64,000 nucleotides of DNA, taken from the IMG/VR virus record IMGVR_UViG_3300020577_007690, positions 1 through 64,000 of that record; one strand, 5' to 3'. Below are positions 35,559 through 45,656 of this stretch, one piece after another. A program made the position numbers and the translations under genes. The notes below the pieces were generated by a model. The model saw only the letters and a list, made by a program, of their open reading frames with translations, had not been told where the DNA came from and searched no databases. Within the stretch, counting starts at the first letter, position 1; each line of letters starts with the position of its first letter. Origin of the DNA: a virus. Its lineage: Duplodnaviria; Caudoviricetes.

Positions 35559-37427
35559 TTATGACCCCAGCTTGTCGAAGAGTGGATCGCCGATGATGCT
35601 CTTGTCCACCGTCAGCTTTTCGAGCTTGCGCAGCGGTGGCTTCTTCTTCCCGGTGCCGCCACCATCGTCCGCCGTGCTGCCGTACGCAGCTTCGATGTAG
35701 TTGTGCGCCTTGCCGTTGATCTTCAGGTACGGATTGTCCCACGACAGCTCCACTTCGAACACGCGGTACGTGAGCTGCGTTTCGACAACGGAGTTGCGGG
35801 CGGTCGCCACGATGGCGCGTGCGAGGTTCATGTCACCATGGAAGCGGCGCGCGATCTCCATGACCGCATCGTCGAAGCTGAGGGACTCCAGGCGGTTCAG
35901 CTCGGAGACGACGTCCGCTTCGCCGCGCTTTCGCGTACCGATGCTGGTCGCGTCGATGGCGAACGACGCACCGTCGCCAGGGCGGAGGTAGACCATGTCG
36001 GGGTCGTCGTTGTGCTCGTAGTTCGCCAGGCCCAGGTAGCTCGCCAGCTCCTTCACCTTGAACTGCACCTCGACCTCGCGGTGCGCGCGGGACTCGAAGA
36101 TGGCGCGGGCGACGTCTTCGAGCTGCGAGATTGTGGTCAGACCATAGACGGGGATGACCTCCTTCTCTGTCTCGCTGCCACCGCCGCCAGGCGCGATGCT
36201 CGTGCCCTTGCCTCCCTTCCCCGCGCTTTTCTTCTTGGAGTCCTCCAGCTTCTTGGCGATGTCCTTCGGCCACTTGACGCTCAGCAGCTTCTGCTTGCCC
36301 GGTTTGTCGCTCGACGTGTCCAGGCACACCACCTCGATGATCTTCGGCTTGTGGTTCCCGTGGAAGTTCCGCTTGAACTCCATCTCGTCGATGTTCTTGC
36401 CGTAGATCAGCTTGCGCTGAACGAAGGGGGCGCCCGCGCCGAAACCGATGCGTGGCTGGTTGTCCTTGAACGGCGATCGGATGGCGGGGTTGAAGCCGTC
36501 CGCGATCTTGTCGATGTTGCGCATGTCGTACAGCGACGCGACCGGACGGATGAAGATGTCGCGACCGTGGAAGTACGGGATGGCGCCGACGAGGTAGCAA
36601 TACTGGACGATCAGATCCCAATATGTCAGCTTGCTGTTGGGCGCCGGAGGATGTGCCTTGGCGCTCTTACCTGCGGCACCCTGGTTGACACGCGTGACGT
36701 TTCCAGCAGCGCACGGATGAGGGATCTTGTCTGGGTTCGGCCAGTCGACAGCCTGCACCACGATCTCGACACCCTTGAACAGCGGCTGCGATGCCAGGAT
36801 GTCGCGAACCACGTAGTGGATGGGCTGGTCCAGGTTCAGCCCCTTGATGAGATCTCTCTCTACGTGGTAGTCGAGCAGGACACCACGAAGGTCTCTACCC
36901 TCGATCGTGACCAGACCGTTCTCCTTGCCAAACTTGATGCTGTGCGAATCGAACAGGCCCCAGCACGCGAGCTTCTTCAAGTCCGGCATGCCGGCATCAT
37001 CGTAGACGCGGAGCTGCGACTCTCTGATCTGCCCAGGCTTCCCGGCAGAGATGCCTTTGGCGAAGCTGTCTTTCGGCACCGTGCCGAAGAAGACACGGCA
37101 CTGCCCAGCGCGAATCAAGAGGGGGTTGATCGGTAGCACATGCCACGGCACCGAGACGGAGAACGTCGCCGCCTTGCGATAGCCGTCGAGCTTGACGTTG
37201 GCCTTGGTCGGGACCATATTGAGCGCCCACGACAGTTCGTCGCTCGGCGGACCAACAAGCAGCGGCTCCGTCTCCTTCTTCGAGAATGGGAACGGGTCGT
37301 TCTGCGGTTGGTCCGCCAGCAGGTTCTCCACGGAGCCCTTGTTCGCGCGAGTGCCCTTGCTCACAGAGAATGTGTCGTCGAATCGGATGCCGATGGAGAC
37401 ACTGCACGCTGGGTAGTAGATCGGCAT
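35559..37427 (-). CDS. Baseplate hub protein (gpD/gp27-like)
   Basis: 622 aa, between the LysM and spike genes; VTIEGRDLRG, LTYWDLIVQYC. Confidence 0.6.
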   Translation of the reverse strand: MPIYYPACSVSIGIRFDDTFSVSKGTRANKGSVENLLADQPQNDPFPFSKKETEPLLVGPPSDELSWALNMVPTKANVKLDGYRKAATFSVSVPWHVLPINPLLIRAGQCRVFFGTVPKDSFAKGISAGKPGQIRESQLRVYDDAGMPDLKKLACWGLFDSHSIKFGKENGLVTIEGRDLRGVLLDYHVERDLIKGLNLDQPIHYVVRDILASQPLFKGVEIVVQAVDWPNPDKIPHPCAAGNVTRVNQGAAGKSAKAHPPAPNSKLTYWDLIVQYCYLVGAIPYFHGRDIFIRPVASLYDMRNIDKIADGFNPAIRSPFKDNQPRIGFGAGAPFVQRKLIYGKNIDEMEFKRNFHGNHKPKIIEVVCLDTSSDKPGKQKLLSVKWPKDIAKKLEDSKKKSAGKGGKGTSIAPGGGGSETEKEVIPVYGLTTISQLEDVARAIFESRAHREVEVQFKVKELASYLGLANYEHNDDPDMVYLRPGDGASFAIDATSIGTRKRGEADVVSELNRLESLSFDDAVMEIARRFHGDMNLARAIVATARNSVVETQLTYRVFEVELSWDNPYLKINGKAHNYIEAAYGSTADDGGGTGKKKPPLRKLEKLTVDKSIIGDPLFDKLGS

Positions 37428-37428
37428 C

Positions 37429-38562
37429 TTAGGTGCTCACCTGTTGGCTGGCGCGCGGGATGAGAAGCTCCAGACCAACAGTCACCTCCGGCGAATCGAG
37501 ACCGTTGTAGAGCATGATCCGTTGCCACCCATCGCGCGTGTTGTAGAACTTGCTGCTGATGATGTAGAGATCCTCGCCACTTCTCACGCGGTGGGTTGCG
37601 ATGGTGTCGAAATCGAGCTTCTGCTGCGACTCGTCTCGGAACTCCACAGCGCGCGACTTGACAGTGCCGCCTTCCTCCCCGAGCTGCCTTGCCCAGGCAG
37701 CAGCAGCGATGCCCTCTCCCGCAGTCGCCTGGGCGACATCGGTGTAGCCGTTCAACTCGCGGTACACCTGCTCCTGCGTCGACTCGACGAGCGCGCGGGC
37801 GTCGCTCACCGATGCGGCGGCGAGTCCGAGCGTGCGCCGCACGGACTGGCTCGCAGACATGATCGAGGAGGTGAAACCCGCGACAGCGTCCTTCGCCTGT
37901 TGCGCTCTGTCCTCGATCAGGCTGACCTGATCTCGCACGCGCGACAGGATGTCTCCGTTCCTGATCTCCTCTGGCGGGTTGTCGACGAGATCGCGGAGCG
38001 TCTGCGCCTTGTCCGTGAGCTGCGAAGCGAAGCTGTTGACGCCTGTCTGCGCCGGTAGAGACGCCGGAGACGGGGAGGACTGCATGCCGGTGACGACGAA
38101 TTCCAACGTCCACGAAATGTCGTGGACTGTGCCGCCAGCTCCCTCCTTCATTCGCACCGGCTTCCAGTCAAACTTTTCGATGATGCCGTAACGGACGTGG
38201 CGCCCCCAGGAGAGGCGGATCTGCTGACCGTGCGCGCACATCTCGAAGAACGTCTCGGCGAGCGTCTCGGCGGAAGCTACCTGTGGGCCTGGCTGCCCGT
38301 TGAAACCGACGCGAGCGACACCATCCGGGTTGGCGCCGAGCATGTGCCGGTCGCGCCAGATGTTGCTCAGCTTGATCGGCTTGAGCTGTGGGCCGCCGAT
38401 CTGACAGGTCGCGTCTGGAGAGCCTTGCGGCCAGTCCAGATCGTTGCGCTGCTCGATTCCAAACTCGATCTCTTCGGGAGCGCAACGTCCCGAAAGCTCG
38501 ACCTTGCGCCGTCGTCCCCCCAGCTCGTCGAAGGTGAGTGTTGGTTGTGCCTGCGTTGCCAT
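37429..38562 (-). CDS. Tail tube initiator/LysM-domain baseplate protein
   Basis: C-terminal LysM HRVRSGEDLYIISSKFYNTRDGWQRIMLYNGL...GLELLIP. Confidence 0.75.
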   Translation of the reverse strand: MATQAQPTLTFDELGGRRRKVELSGRCAPEEIEFGIEQRNDLDWPQGSPDATCQIGGPQLKPIKLSNIWRDRHMLGANPDGVARVGFNGQPGPQVASAETLAETFFEMCAHGQQIRLSWGRHVRYGIIEKFDWKPVRMKEGAGGTVHDISWTLEFVVTGMQSSPSPASLPAQTGVNSFASQLTDKAQTLRDLVDNPPEEIRNGDILSRVRDQVSLIEDRAQQAKDAVAGFTSSIMSASQSVRRTLGLAAASVSDARALVESTQEQVYRELNGYTDVAQATAGEGIAAAAWARQLGEEGGTVKSRAVEFRDESQQKLDFDTIATHRVRSGEDLYIISSKFYNTRDGWQRIMLYNGLDSPEVTVGLELLIPRASQQVST

Positions 38563-38563
38563 C

Positions 38564-38761
38564 TTACTCCTCCCTCTTCACCTTGCGAACGCGCACCTCT
38601 TGCTTCGTCACAACGCGGAGTGCGACCCCGTAGCACTCCCGAACGAGCTTGTCGAGGCACGACTTACCGACGGCAGCAGGGGCCGCGTCGGACATTGGAT
38701 CGTTGTGGAAGATGGGCTGGCAGGCGCTGTTGCGGCAGAAGGTGCAGATGTTGGCGACCAT
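38564..38761 (-). CDS. Small Cys-rich protein
   Basis: 65 aa; leaderless TATCCT-N6-ATG start supports a real gene. Confidence 0.5.
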   Translation of the reverse strand: MVANICTFCRNSACQPIFHNDPMSDAAPAAVGKSCLDKLVRECYGVALRVVTKQEVRVRKVKREE

Positions 38762-38773
38762 GTCGCCAGGATA

Positions 38774-40492
38774 TCACATGAGCGCGAACAGGGGCGTCAG
38801 GCCGCTCTCCAGCGCAGCCTTCTTCGGGATCTCCGCCTTGAACGCGGTGGCGATGCGATCCGGGTCGTACTCCTTGGCGAATGCCATCTCGATGTTGAAC
38901 TTCGAGCCGCGGAAGTCCTGGTTGACGACGGGCTTGAGCTTCTCTGGTGGACGTGGCGGACCGAATTGCTCGTTAGAGCCGACCTTGCTGCTCAGACCCT
39001 TGATCCACGCAGAGAGATCATCGACACCGAAGGTCTTGCTGACGGCGCCCTCCGATGCTTGCGTCGCGATCTCATTCCACGCGATGCCCAGCTTCTGGAT
39101 GATTTTGATCAGCCAGTCCGCCGTCTCGCTGATGAGGTTGACGCTCGTCTGGAAGAGCGGCCCCAGCTTGGCTGCGAACCAGGAGTACACGCCGCCGAGC
39201 ACCTTGGCTCCGATGAGGAGCGAGTCCATGAACACCTGCGCGACGAACCCGACAGCCGTGCTCAGCAGACGGAAGACAGGACCGAGTGTATCGAAGATGA
39301 GCGCGCCGAAGTCCATCAGCCCCATCCAGAGCAGACCGACCACGCTGAGCACGGCGTGGAAGCCAGTCGCGAGCGGAGGAAGCAGCGGCTCCACGATGTC
39401 GATCAGGGCGTAGCCGAGGCTGCGGAAGAAGTTGATCGTCGAGTCGAGCACCGGGCCAAGCTCACCGAAGCCCGTCATGATCTCCATGAACGATCCGACC
39501 CATGTCGTGGCTTCGATCGGGTTCGTCGCCCTGTTCTCCGTCACGCTGTCTTGCGTGTAGGGTCCGAACATCGCACCGCTACCAACGCCGAAATCGCTGG
39601 TCGCCCCGCCAGGCACCATCTGCCCCTTCAGATACTTCACCGTGCTGGTGATCGCCTTGGCCGCGCCGCGCCCGAGGTGCTCGGCGATGAGGATGACCTT
39701 CTCCTGCATCGAGCCGAATTCGTCGTTGAGCCACTTCACGCCCCTCTTGAACTCTTCAAAGGCGGGGTTGGTCAACGCGCGCATCGTGTTCTCGGCGTAG
39801 CTCGTCGCCGTGCTGCTGATCGCCTCCCAGGTGTTGTCGAACTCCCCGAGCATCCCGCCGTATGCCTTGACGACCTTCTCCAGCAGCTTGATTCGCTCGG
39901 CCGCCGACTTCTGGTTGAACTCCTCGGTACTCTTGACTCCCATGACGTCCTTGAACGTCACGAAGGAGCGCACGTCCATACCCGCACGGCCCTGCGCCAT
40001 CTGCATGACGTCGCGCGCGGCCTGGCCCGAGTCGATGCCCTGGCTGATGGCGGTCGCCATCAGGTTGTTGCTCAGGGTGAGCATCTTGGACAGGTCGGTC
40101 ATGCCCGCCGCCTTGAGCGCAGGCATGGTGTAGCTGAAGCCCTGCATGAACTGGGCTTCACTGCCAGGGAGCTTGGCGGCCTCCTCCCGGTTCTGCTTCA
40201 TGAGATCGTTCGTCAACTCCAGCGAGTGGTTGAACGACTTCGTGAAACCTGCGGCGCCGATGCTCCCGGCGAGCCGCATCTTCGTCTCTTCGAGGTTCTT
40301 GTTGAGCTTGATGATCTGGTCGATGCCGAAGCCGATGGCAGCGCCCAAGACGATGTTATTGAACATCGAGGCGGCGCGGTTGAGCGAGTTGAACTTGCTG
40401 AGCACGTCGTCGACACCGCCACCGATGTGCCCAAGCTGCTTGAGCGCATCGCCGCCGATGTTGAAAATTTGCTCGATCAGATCCTCACCCAT
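38774..40492 (-). CDS. Tape measure protein (short, 572 aa)
   Basis: Ala/Gly-rich helical protein with a hydrophobic central region, directly after the tail chaperones. Confidence 0.75.
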   Translation of the reverse strand: MGEDLIEQIFNIGGDALKQLGHIGGGVDDVLSKFNSLNRAASMFNNIVLGAAIGFGIDQIIKLNKNLEETKMRLAGSIGAAGFTKSFNHSLELTNDLMKQNREEAAKLPGSEAQFMQGFSYTMPALKAAGMTDLSKMLTLSNNLMATAISQGIDSGQAARDVMQMAQGRAGMDVRSFVTFKDVMGVKSTEEFNQKSAAERIKLLEKVVKAYGGMLGEFDNTWEAISSTATSYAENTMRALTNPAFEEFKRGVKWLNDEFGSMQEKVILIAEHLGRGAAKAITSTVKYLKGQMVPGGATSDFGVGSGAMFGPYTQDSVTENRATNPIEATTWVGSFMEIMTGFGELGPVLDSTINFFRSLGYALIDIVEPLLPPLATGFHAVLSVVGLLWMGLMDFGALIFDTLGPVFRLLSTAVGFVAQVFMDSLLIGAKVLGGVYSWFAAKLGPLFQTSVNLISETADWLIKIIQKLGIAWNEIATQASEGAVSKTFGVDDLSAWIKGLSSKVGSNEQFGPPRPPEKLKPVVNQDFRGSKFNIEMAFAKEYDPDRIATAFKAEIPKKAALESGLTPLFALM

Positions 40493-40745
40493 CTTTGCTC
40501 CTCTCGGCTTCTTCCACTTCGGCCAGCATGCGCAGACCGTCGCAGTAGGCGTACAGTCTGGTGATGGGGAGACTCATGACCCAATCGGCGGGCTGTCTGC
40601 CGTACCGTCCTACCCGTACGACGATCTGCCAGATGTCGTCGTGGAGCTGCTCCAAGTTCTCCTTGGAGTAGCGAAGGGAGGCGAGGACGATGTCGGTGAC
40701 TACTCGTCGATCTGCACCATCTCCTCGTTCTCCTCGAAAAAATTT
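40485..40745 (-). CDS. Frameshifted (GT-like) extension of the tail assembly chaperone
   Basis: The -1 frame is open from the slippery site A AAT TTT TTC (40745-40736) to the stop at 40485. Confidence 0.65.
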   Translation of the reverse strand, partial: KFFRGERGDGADRRVVTDIVLASLRYSKENLEQLHDDIWQIVVRVGRYGRQPADWVMSLPITRLYAYCDGLRMLAEVEEAERSKDG

Positions 40746-41428
40746 GCGCCGACTTGCGCCCTCACCTGCGCCAGCTTCGCGATGATCGGCATCGCGCCAC
40801 GGAGCATCGGGTGCCACGCCGCGATAGCCTCCTCGACATCGCCGACGGGCTCCCCGTTCACCTGCACGAGAGTCGCCGCGGTGATGGCGCGCATGTAGCG
40901 CAGCGGGTTCCCGCCGCAACCCTCGATCGCGGTGATCTCGTCTTCCGCGGTCTGGATGCGCAGCCCCACAGTCGAGACGATGGGGTACTTCGTCGCCTTG
41001 AACTCGTCTTGCGCCGCCTGCGGGATGGTGTAGGTGTAGACCACCTTGCCCCCCTTGCTGGTCATCTTGCGCTTGTCGACGATGGACTCGTTGAGCGCCA
41101 TCTCATGCCGGCGGTTCCACGACTGTCCGAAGAACTGACGGAGATCGGGGTGCCAGGACTCGTACTCCGCCGTGCTGGACCCGTCGTGGTGCCGCAGCTT
41201 CACGCACGTCGGATCTCCCTCCTTCCCCTTCCACGACTCTAGCAGCGTGCGGTTGAAGAGCGTGCGCTTGTACTTGAGGGTGTTCGTCCCCGCCAGGTCC
41301 ATCGCGATCTCTTCGTCCTCGAAGGTCGCGAGGCGGAAGGCGAACTTGTGTACGACGGGGAAACCCGTCGTGCGCGAGTCCTTGATGATGTTCGGGGGGA
41401 CGTTGATGCGGAAAGCGGAGGTAGACAT
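40700..41428 (-). CDS. Tail assembly chaperone (G-like)
   Basis: Between the tube and tape measure genes, with a slippery heptamer near the 3' end; leaderless TAGGCT-N6-ATG. Confidence 0.7.
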   Translation of the reverse strand: MSTSAFRINVPPNIIKDSRTTGFPVVHKFAFRLATFEDEEIAMDLAGTNTLKYKRTLFNRTLLESWKGKEGDPTCVKLRHHDGSSTAEYESWHPDLRQFFGQSWNRRHEMALNESIVDKRKMTSKGGKVVYTYTIPQAAQDEFKATKYPIVSTVGLRIQTAEDEITAIEGCGGNPLRYMRAITAATLVQVNGEPVGDVEEAIAAWHPMLRGAMPIIAKLAQVRAQVGANFFEENEEMVQIDE

Positions 41429-41461
41429 ATGTGCAGCCTACTCTACGAGCGGCGGCGCTGT

Positions 41462-41902
41462 CTAGGACGTCAGGAACTTCGGCTGGGAGCAGGAGCAGTT
41501 GAGCCCCGACTCCATGTAGCGGTTGCGCGCCGAGATGTCGAGCGGGATGTCCCCGTAGACGAGCGGGCTGAACAGCACCTTGCGGACGCGCCCCGTGCTG
41601 AACTTGATCGCGCACTGCGCCGTCAGGATGATCTGCTTCTGCCGATCGCTCGCGCTCTCCAGCAGGGTCTCGACGACGGCCAGGTACTTGTCGTCGTCCA
41701 CGTTGAACTTGATGTCGATGTCCACGCCGTCCGAGATGTTGTCGTAGCTCGGGTTCTGGCGCCCCAGGTACTGCTCCGTGATCTTCTCCACCTTGAACTT
41801 GATGGAGAAGCTCTTGATCGCCGTCACCTCGACGAGCGGGGCGTTGTCCTTGATCAGGGACACGACAACGTCGCGTCCCAGCGTCTCTCTGCTCTTCGCC
41901 AT
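41462..41902 (-). CDS. Tail tube protein
   Basis: 146 aa beta-rich protein immediately after the sheath gene. Confidence 0.7.
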   Translation of the reverse strand: MAKSRETLGRDVVVSLIKDNAPLVEVTAIKSFSIKFKVEKITEQYLGRQNPSYDNISDGVDIDIKFNVDDDKYLAVVETLLESASDRQKQIILTAQCAIKFSTGRVRKVLFSPLVYGDIPLDISARNRYMESGLNCSCSQPKFLTS

Positions 41903-41917
41903 GACTCTGTGGCTCCT

Positions 41918-43951
41918 TTACGAGGCGTCCTTGACGACCACGGCGCCCTGCCCGACTTCGAGACCCAAGACGAGGTGGTCCTGGGTGGCGAGCATGCTAA
42001 CGGTGATCATCATGACGAAGATGCCGAGCGCTTCCTGCTCGGGTGTGTTGCCGGACACGATGTCCACGTCGTAGTCCTTGATGCGCTGGCGCTTGGGGTT
42101 GTTCGTCGACTTCAGGTCTTCGAGGAACGCCACCACGACGCCCTGCTCCTGGTCCTTCAGCTCATCGGTCAGCGGCTCCTTCGCGTAGGAGTCGAGCCCG
42201 TTGGCGAAGCTCTTGGAGAGGAAGTCGAACATGCGGACGCGGTTGGCGGGCTTGCGCGCCGTGAGCTGGATCTCCGTCGTCACGCCGCTGTAGAACGCGA
42301 CCTTCCCCTCGGCGAAGCGTGGCATCTGCACACCGTTGGCCTTCGCCAGGATGTACTCCGCCATCGTGAGGACAGGGGCGCCGCGCTGGAAGCCGAGCAC
42401 GTTCGCCAGCACGCGCGGGACCGGGTCGCTGTGCTGTGCCGGGTTGCGCTCTGGCAGCAGGTTCGACAGGATGCACGCCATCCACTCGTCGGACGGGGTG
42501 TCGAGGATGCCGTCTGTCGTGGTGTCGCCGTCCGCAGTCGCAATCGAGATGCCCACCGCCTCCTTGACGAAGGTGGTGAACCCCGGCCACTGCACCCAGC
42601 GGCGCTCGTCTCGCAGCGCACCGACGCCAGGATCGGTGTTGCTGGTCAGGATCGTCGTCGCGTTCAGCTCGTCCAGCTCGGGGCTCTGGAGCGTGATGCG
42701 GTTCAGACCATCGGCCGTTGCGGCGAGAACGTGGGCGCGCAGCGCCGAACGGATCGTCGAGGACTTGCGCGCCGCGATGACGATGTCGATGTAGCTCGCC
42801 AGGTCGCCACCGCGGGTCGCGTCCATCGCCGCCACGTAGAGCGCATCTAGCTCCGCGCTGTTGGCCCGGTTGGGCGCCTGGATGTTGGTCGTGAACGCGA
42901 GGTTGTTGGTTGGGTGCGTGAAGCCCTTGAGCCCTGTGAGCCCATCCCACTGCGCCCCCGTGCCAGCGAGCGGCGCCACGGTGGGCGACAGCGTCGTGGC
43001 AGAGTTGACGGTGGCATCGAGCGGGCGAGCGGGGATCAGGTAGCCGGTGGCGCTCGACAGGACGCACTCACCGCCGGAGTCAGCGGTAGCCGCGGGGTGG
43101 ATGCGGTAGGCGATGGCCGCCGATGCCATGCCAGCGGTCCACTCGAAGTCTGCGCCGTCCATGCGCTGGAGGGTCAGCTTCGTCGCGCTGTCGATCACGG
43201 TCACGCGGTACGTCGTCTGTGCAGTCGCGACGAGCAGGTTCGCAGACCCTGCGGAGGCGTTGAGGCTGCCGAGGACGACGATGTCGCCGACCTTGACGCC
43301 GGTCTTCCCGTCAGGGCGAACGACGGTGGTGAAGGCGCCGCTTGCGCTCGTGATGAACTGGGTCGCCGCCGCTGCACTGGCGATGATGGTCCCGTCGAGG
43401 CCGCTCGCGTAGTGCGCGCGACCCTCGAAGATGACGCGCGTGCCGACCTTGACGCGGTTCGTGCTGCTGCGGAACTCGCGACCCGCAGCAACAGCAGCGC
43501 CGCTGACCGGGACGATCGGCGTCGCGTCGGTGGCGCTCTTGTTCGTCGGCAGATCGCGCACGTAGCGCGTCGCCCACTGCGAGCAGAGGTTGATCGGCGC
43601 GATGAGCAGCGACGCCGACGCCCACGGCTTGTTGGCGACCGCCACGTAGCCGTTGCCCATATCGGAGCCGAACTTCCCGATCGTCGAGTCGAAGCCGCCG
43701 TACTTCGTGATGAAGTCGATGGCAGAGAGCGCGAAGTCGAGCTGGAGGTTGGTCGTCACCTCGCCCGTGGTCTTGTTGACCTTGACCGCCTTGCCCATGT
43801 CGGCGAACTCGCCGAGGAGGCACACGCGCCCGATCGGCACGCCTTGGATCGGTCCGGTAGGAGCCAGGTCGGCGATCATGATCCCTTCGATCTGGGTGAT
43901 CTCCTCCCGGCCAGGAAAATAATTGCGGACGCGCGTGAACGTAAGACCCAT
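41918..43951 (-). CDS. Contractile tail sheath protein
   Basis: 677 aa; N-terminal GPIQGVPIGRVCLLGEF...SAIDFITKYG and C-terminal sheath-like RVRMFDFL...IKDYDV. Confidence 0.8.
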   Translation of the reverse strand: MGLTFTRVRNYFPGREEITQIEGIMIADLAPTGPIQGVPIGRVCLLGEFADMGKAVKVNKTTGEVTTNLQLDFALSAIDFITKYGGFDSTIGKFGSDMGNGYVAVANKPWASASLLIAPINLCSQWATRYVRDLPTNKSATDATPIVPVSGAAVAAGREFRSSTNRVKVGTRVIFEGRAHYASGLDGTIIASAAAATQFITSASGAFTTVVRPDGKTGVKVGDIVVLGSLNASAGSANLLVATAQTTYRVTVIDSATKLTLQRMDGADFEWTAGMASAAIAYRIHPAATADSGGECVLSSATGYLIPARPLDATVNSATTLSPTVAPLAGTGAQWDGLTGLKGFTHPTNNLAFTTNIQAPNRANSAELDALYVAAMDATRGGDLASYIDIVIAARKSSTIRSALRAHVLAATADGLNRITLQSPELDELNATTILTSNTDPGVGALRDERRWVQWPGFTTFVKEAVGISIATADGDTTTDGILDTPSDEWMACILSNLLPERNPAQHSDPVPRVLANVLGFQRGAPVLTMAEYILAKANGVQMPRFAEGKVAFYSGVTTEIQLTARKPANRVRMFDFLSKSFANGLDSYAKEPLTDELKDQEQGVVVAFLEDLKSTNNPKRQRIKDYDVDIVSGNTPEQEALGIFVMMITVSMLATQDHLVLGLEVGQGAVVVKDAS

Positions 43952-44072
43952 TACACTTTCTCCGTGCTGGGAAGCGCCAGCTTCGTGAGGGATTCCTGGG
44001 CCAATGGTACACCGCTTGCGCAGATCTCCATAACGGAGACGCTGAACAGAGGTTCTGTCGACGGTGGCTAGG

Positions 44073-44792
44073 CTACGGCGGGGATTCGTCGGGGGTGTTG
44101 ACGGCGATACCGACGCGGGGCTTGACGACGGGGCGGGCGACGACGCGGATCTGAGGGCAGGAGACGCTGACCGTACACCACGCCTTCCACCGACCCTGAC
44201 GAGCAGCGACGCCTGCCTCCTCGTAGCGCATCTTCATCTCGGCGGCGTAGACGGCGCGCACCCCGTGGTAGTGCGGCAGCTCCAGCTCGAAGCCGGCCTG
44301 CGGGTCGGAGCCAGGGAGTCCCTCGGGGTTGAAGTCGTCCTCCAGCATCTTGCAGAGCCACATGCGAGACGGCTTGTCCTGCGACACCATCTCGATCTGG
44401 AGGCTCTTGCGATACTCGGCGGGTCGCGCGCCGTAGAACTTCCAGCCACCGCGCGCGTACTTCCCGCTCGGGTTGACGACCATCTCCAGCTCGTTGGAAC
44501 GGGTGATGATGTTGCTCATCCCCTTCGGCTCGTACATGCCGTCATCGCCAGCGCCTTGCACGCCAGCGACAGGGAGCACCGCCTTCTCATCGAGATCGCC
44601 GAAGGTGTCGTAGACCTTCGTGAACGCGAGCGTGCGCCCAGAAGGTGTCTCGATGGAGAGCTGCTGGAGGTACTCGGCGAGCCCGCGGCGGACGGCTGTC
44701 TCCAGATCCGCCTCGCAGCGATTCGTCAGCGGCTTCTCGACGTCGCGTGCGTGCTCGATGAGACGTGACAGACCGTCGAGATGGGTGTACAT
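44073..44792 (-). CDS. Tail completion/terminator protein
   Basis: 239 aa, immediately upstream of the sheath gene. Confidence 0.5.
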   Translation of the reverse strand: MYTHLDGLSRLIEHARDVEKPLTNRCEADLETAVRRGLAEYLQQLSIETPSGRTLAFTKVYDTFGDLDEKAVLPVAGVQGAGDDGMYEPKGMSNIITRSNELEMVVNPSGKYARGGWKFYGARPAEYRKSLQIEMVSQDKPSRMWLCKMLEDDFNPEGLPGSDPQAGFELELPHYHGVRAVYAAEMKMRYEEAGVAARQGRWKAWCTVSVSCPQIRVVARPVVKPRVGIAVNTPDESPP

Positions 44793-44947
44793 CAGCCCTT
44801 CTTCCGCAGCGCGGGCACGAGGCGCTTGTTCCCCGGACCCTTCTGCTTCTCCTTCAGCTCCTCAGTGGCGCTGTGGCCCTCCTCCTTCGCCTCGCGTGCC
44901 ACGTCACGCGCGGTGATGCGCTTTCGCATGGGAGCGTCTTTTTTCAT
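44792..44947 (-). CDS. Small basic protein, 51 aa (not in the track)
   Basis: MKKDAPMRKRITARDVARE...; TGATG-coupled to the next gene. Confidence 0.4.
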   Translation of the reverse strand: MKKDAPMRKRITARDVAREAKEEGHSATEELKEKQKGPGNKRLVPALRKKG

Positions 44948-44958
44948 GGCGCAGCCGT

Positions 44959-45189
44959 TCATCGCTTGCCGCCCTTCCCAGGGTAGCCCTGGTGCTTGAT
45001 TGTGACGAACGGCAGCGAGCCGATCGGAGCGTGCGTGTCACCGCTCACGAAGAAGCCGTGCCCTCCGCCTGGGTGCGCCCCTGCCTTGCGCTGCGGAGGT
45101 AGGCGACGCTCGTGGTTCAGATCGCGCACGGTCTGCTCCGCCAGCACCTTCGCTGGGGAGGGACCGTTCGTGCCGGTGCTCTTGCTCAT
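44959..45189 (-). CDS. Small basic protein, 76 aa
   Basis: ATGA-coupled start at 45189. Confidence 0.45.
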   Translation of the reverse strand: MSKSTGTNGPSPAKVLAEQTVRDLNHERRLPPQRKAGAHPGGGHGFFVSGDTHAPIGSLPFVTIKHQGYPGKGGKR

Positions 45190-45656
45190 GCTTTTCTCCA
45201 ACTCTCGATGAGGGCGGTCTTCACAGCTCGTCTGAGGATCATTCTCATCTGCCTGCGGCTCGACCGCAAGATCCGCTTTCCGACGAGGCCGCGCTGGGCG
45301 ATCTTCCGTCCGATGAGGAAGGCAGTGCTCTTCGCCTGCGCGCCTGTCTGCCCGAAGCGGCGCTGCACCCATGCCAAGATGACGTCTGGAGGCGGCGCCT
45401 TCCCCGGAGCGCGCCCGTTGTCGATGAAGCCACTGCCGGGGCGGATGTTGACGATGCGGACGCTCTTGCCGCGCCGCACGACACGCCAGCCTGCCGCGAA
45501 GCCTCCTGTGTCCACCCCCGCCGCCTGCGACTTCTGCTGAAGCATCGGCAGGCACTCCTGCGCGCCGCGATAGAGACCCTCGCGCTGCGCAGCTTCGAGC
45601 TTGCCTCTGTAGCTGCGGAGCTTCTTGGCAAACTGTGCGAGGGTGATCTTCGGCAT
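45186..45656 (-). CDS. Neck/tail component, HK97 gp10-like
   Basis: AGVDTGGFAAGW...GSGFIDNGRAPGK...GKRILRSS pattern and gene position. Confidence 0.55.
   Translation of the reverse strand: MPKITLAQFAKKLRSYRGKLEAAQREGLYRGAQECLPMLQQKSQAAGVDTGGFAAGWRVVRRGKSVRIVNIRPGSGFIDNGRAPGKAPPPDVILAWVQRRFGQTGAQAKSTAFLIGRKIAQRGLVGKRILRSSRRQMRMILRRAVKTALIESWRKA

Noticed and set aside
26216-44792. Tailocin, eCIS or T6SS locus
   Set aside because: Capsid, scaffold, portal and terminase genes are contiguous with the tail genes, so this is a phage
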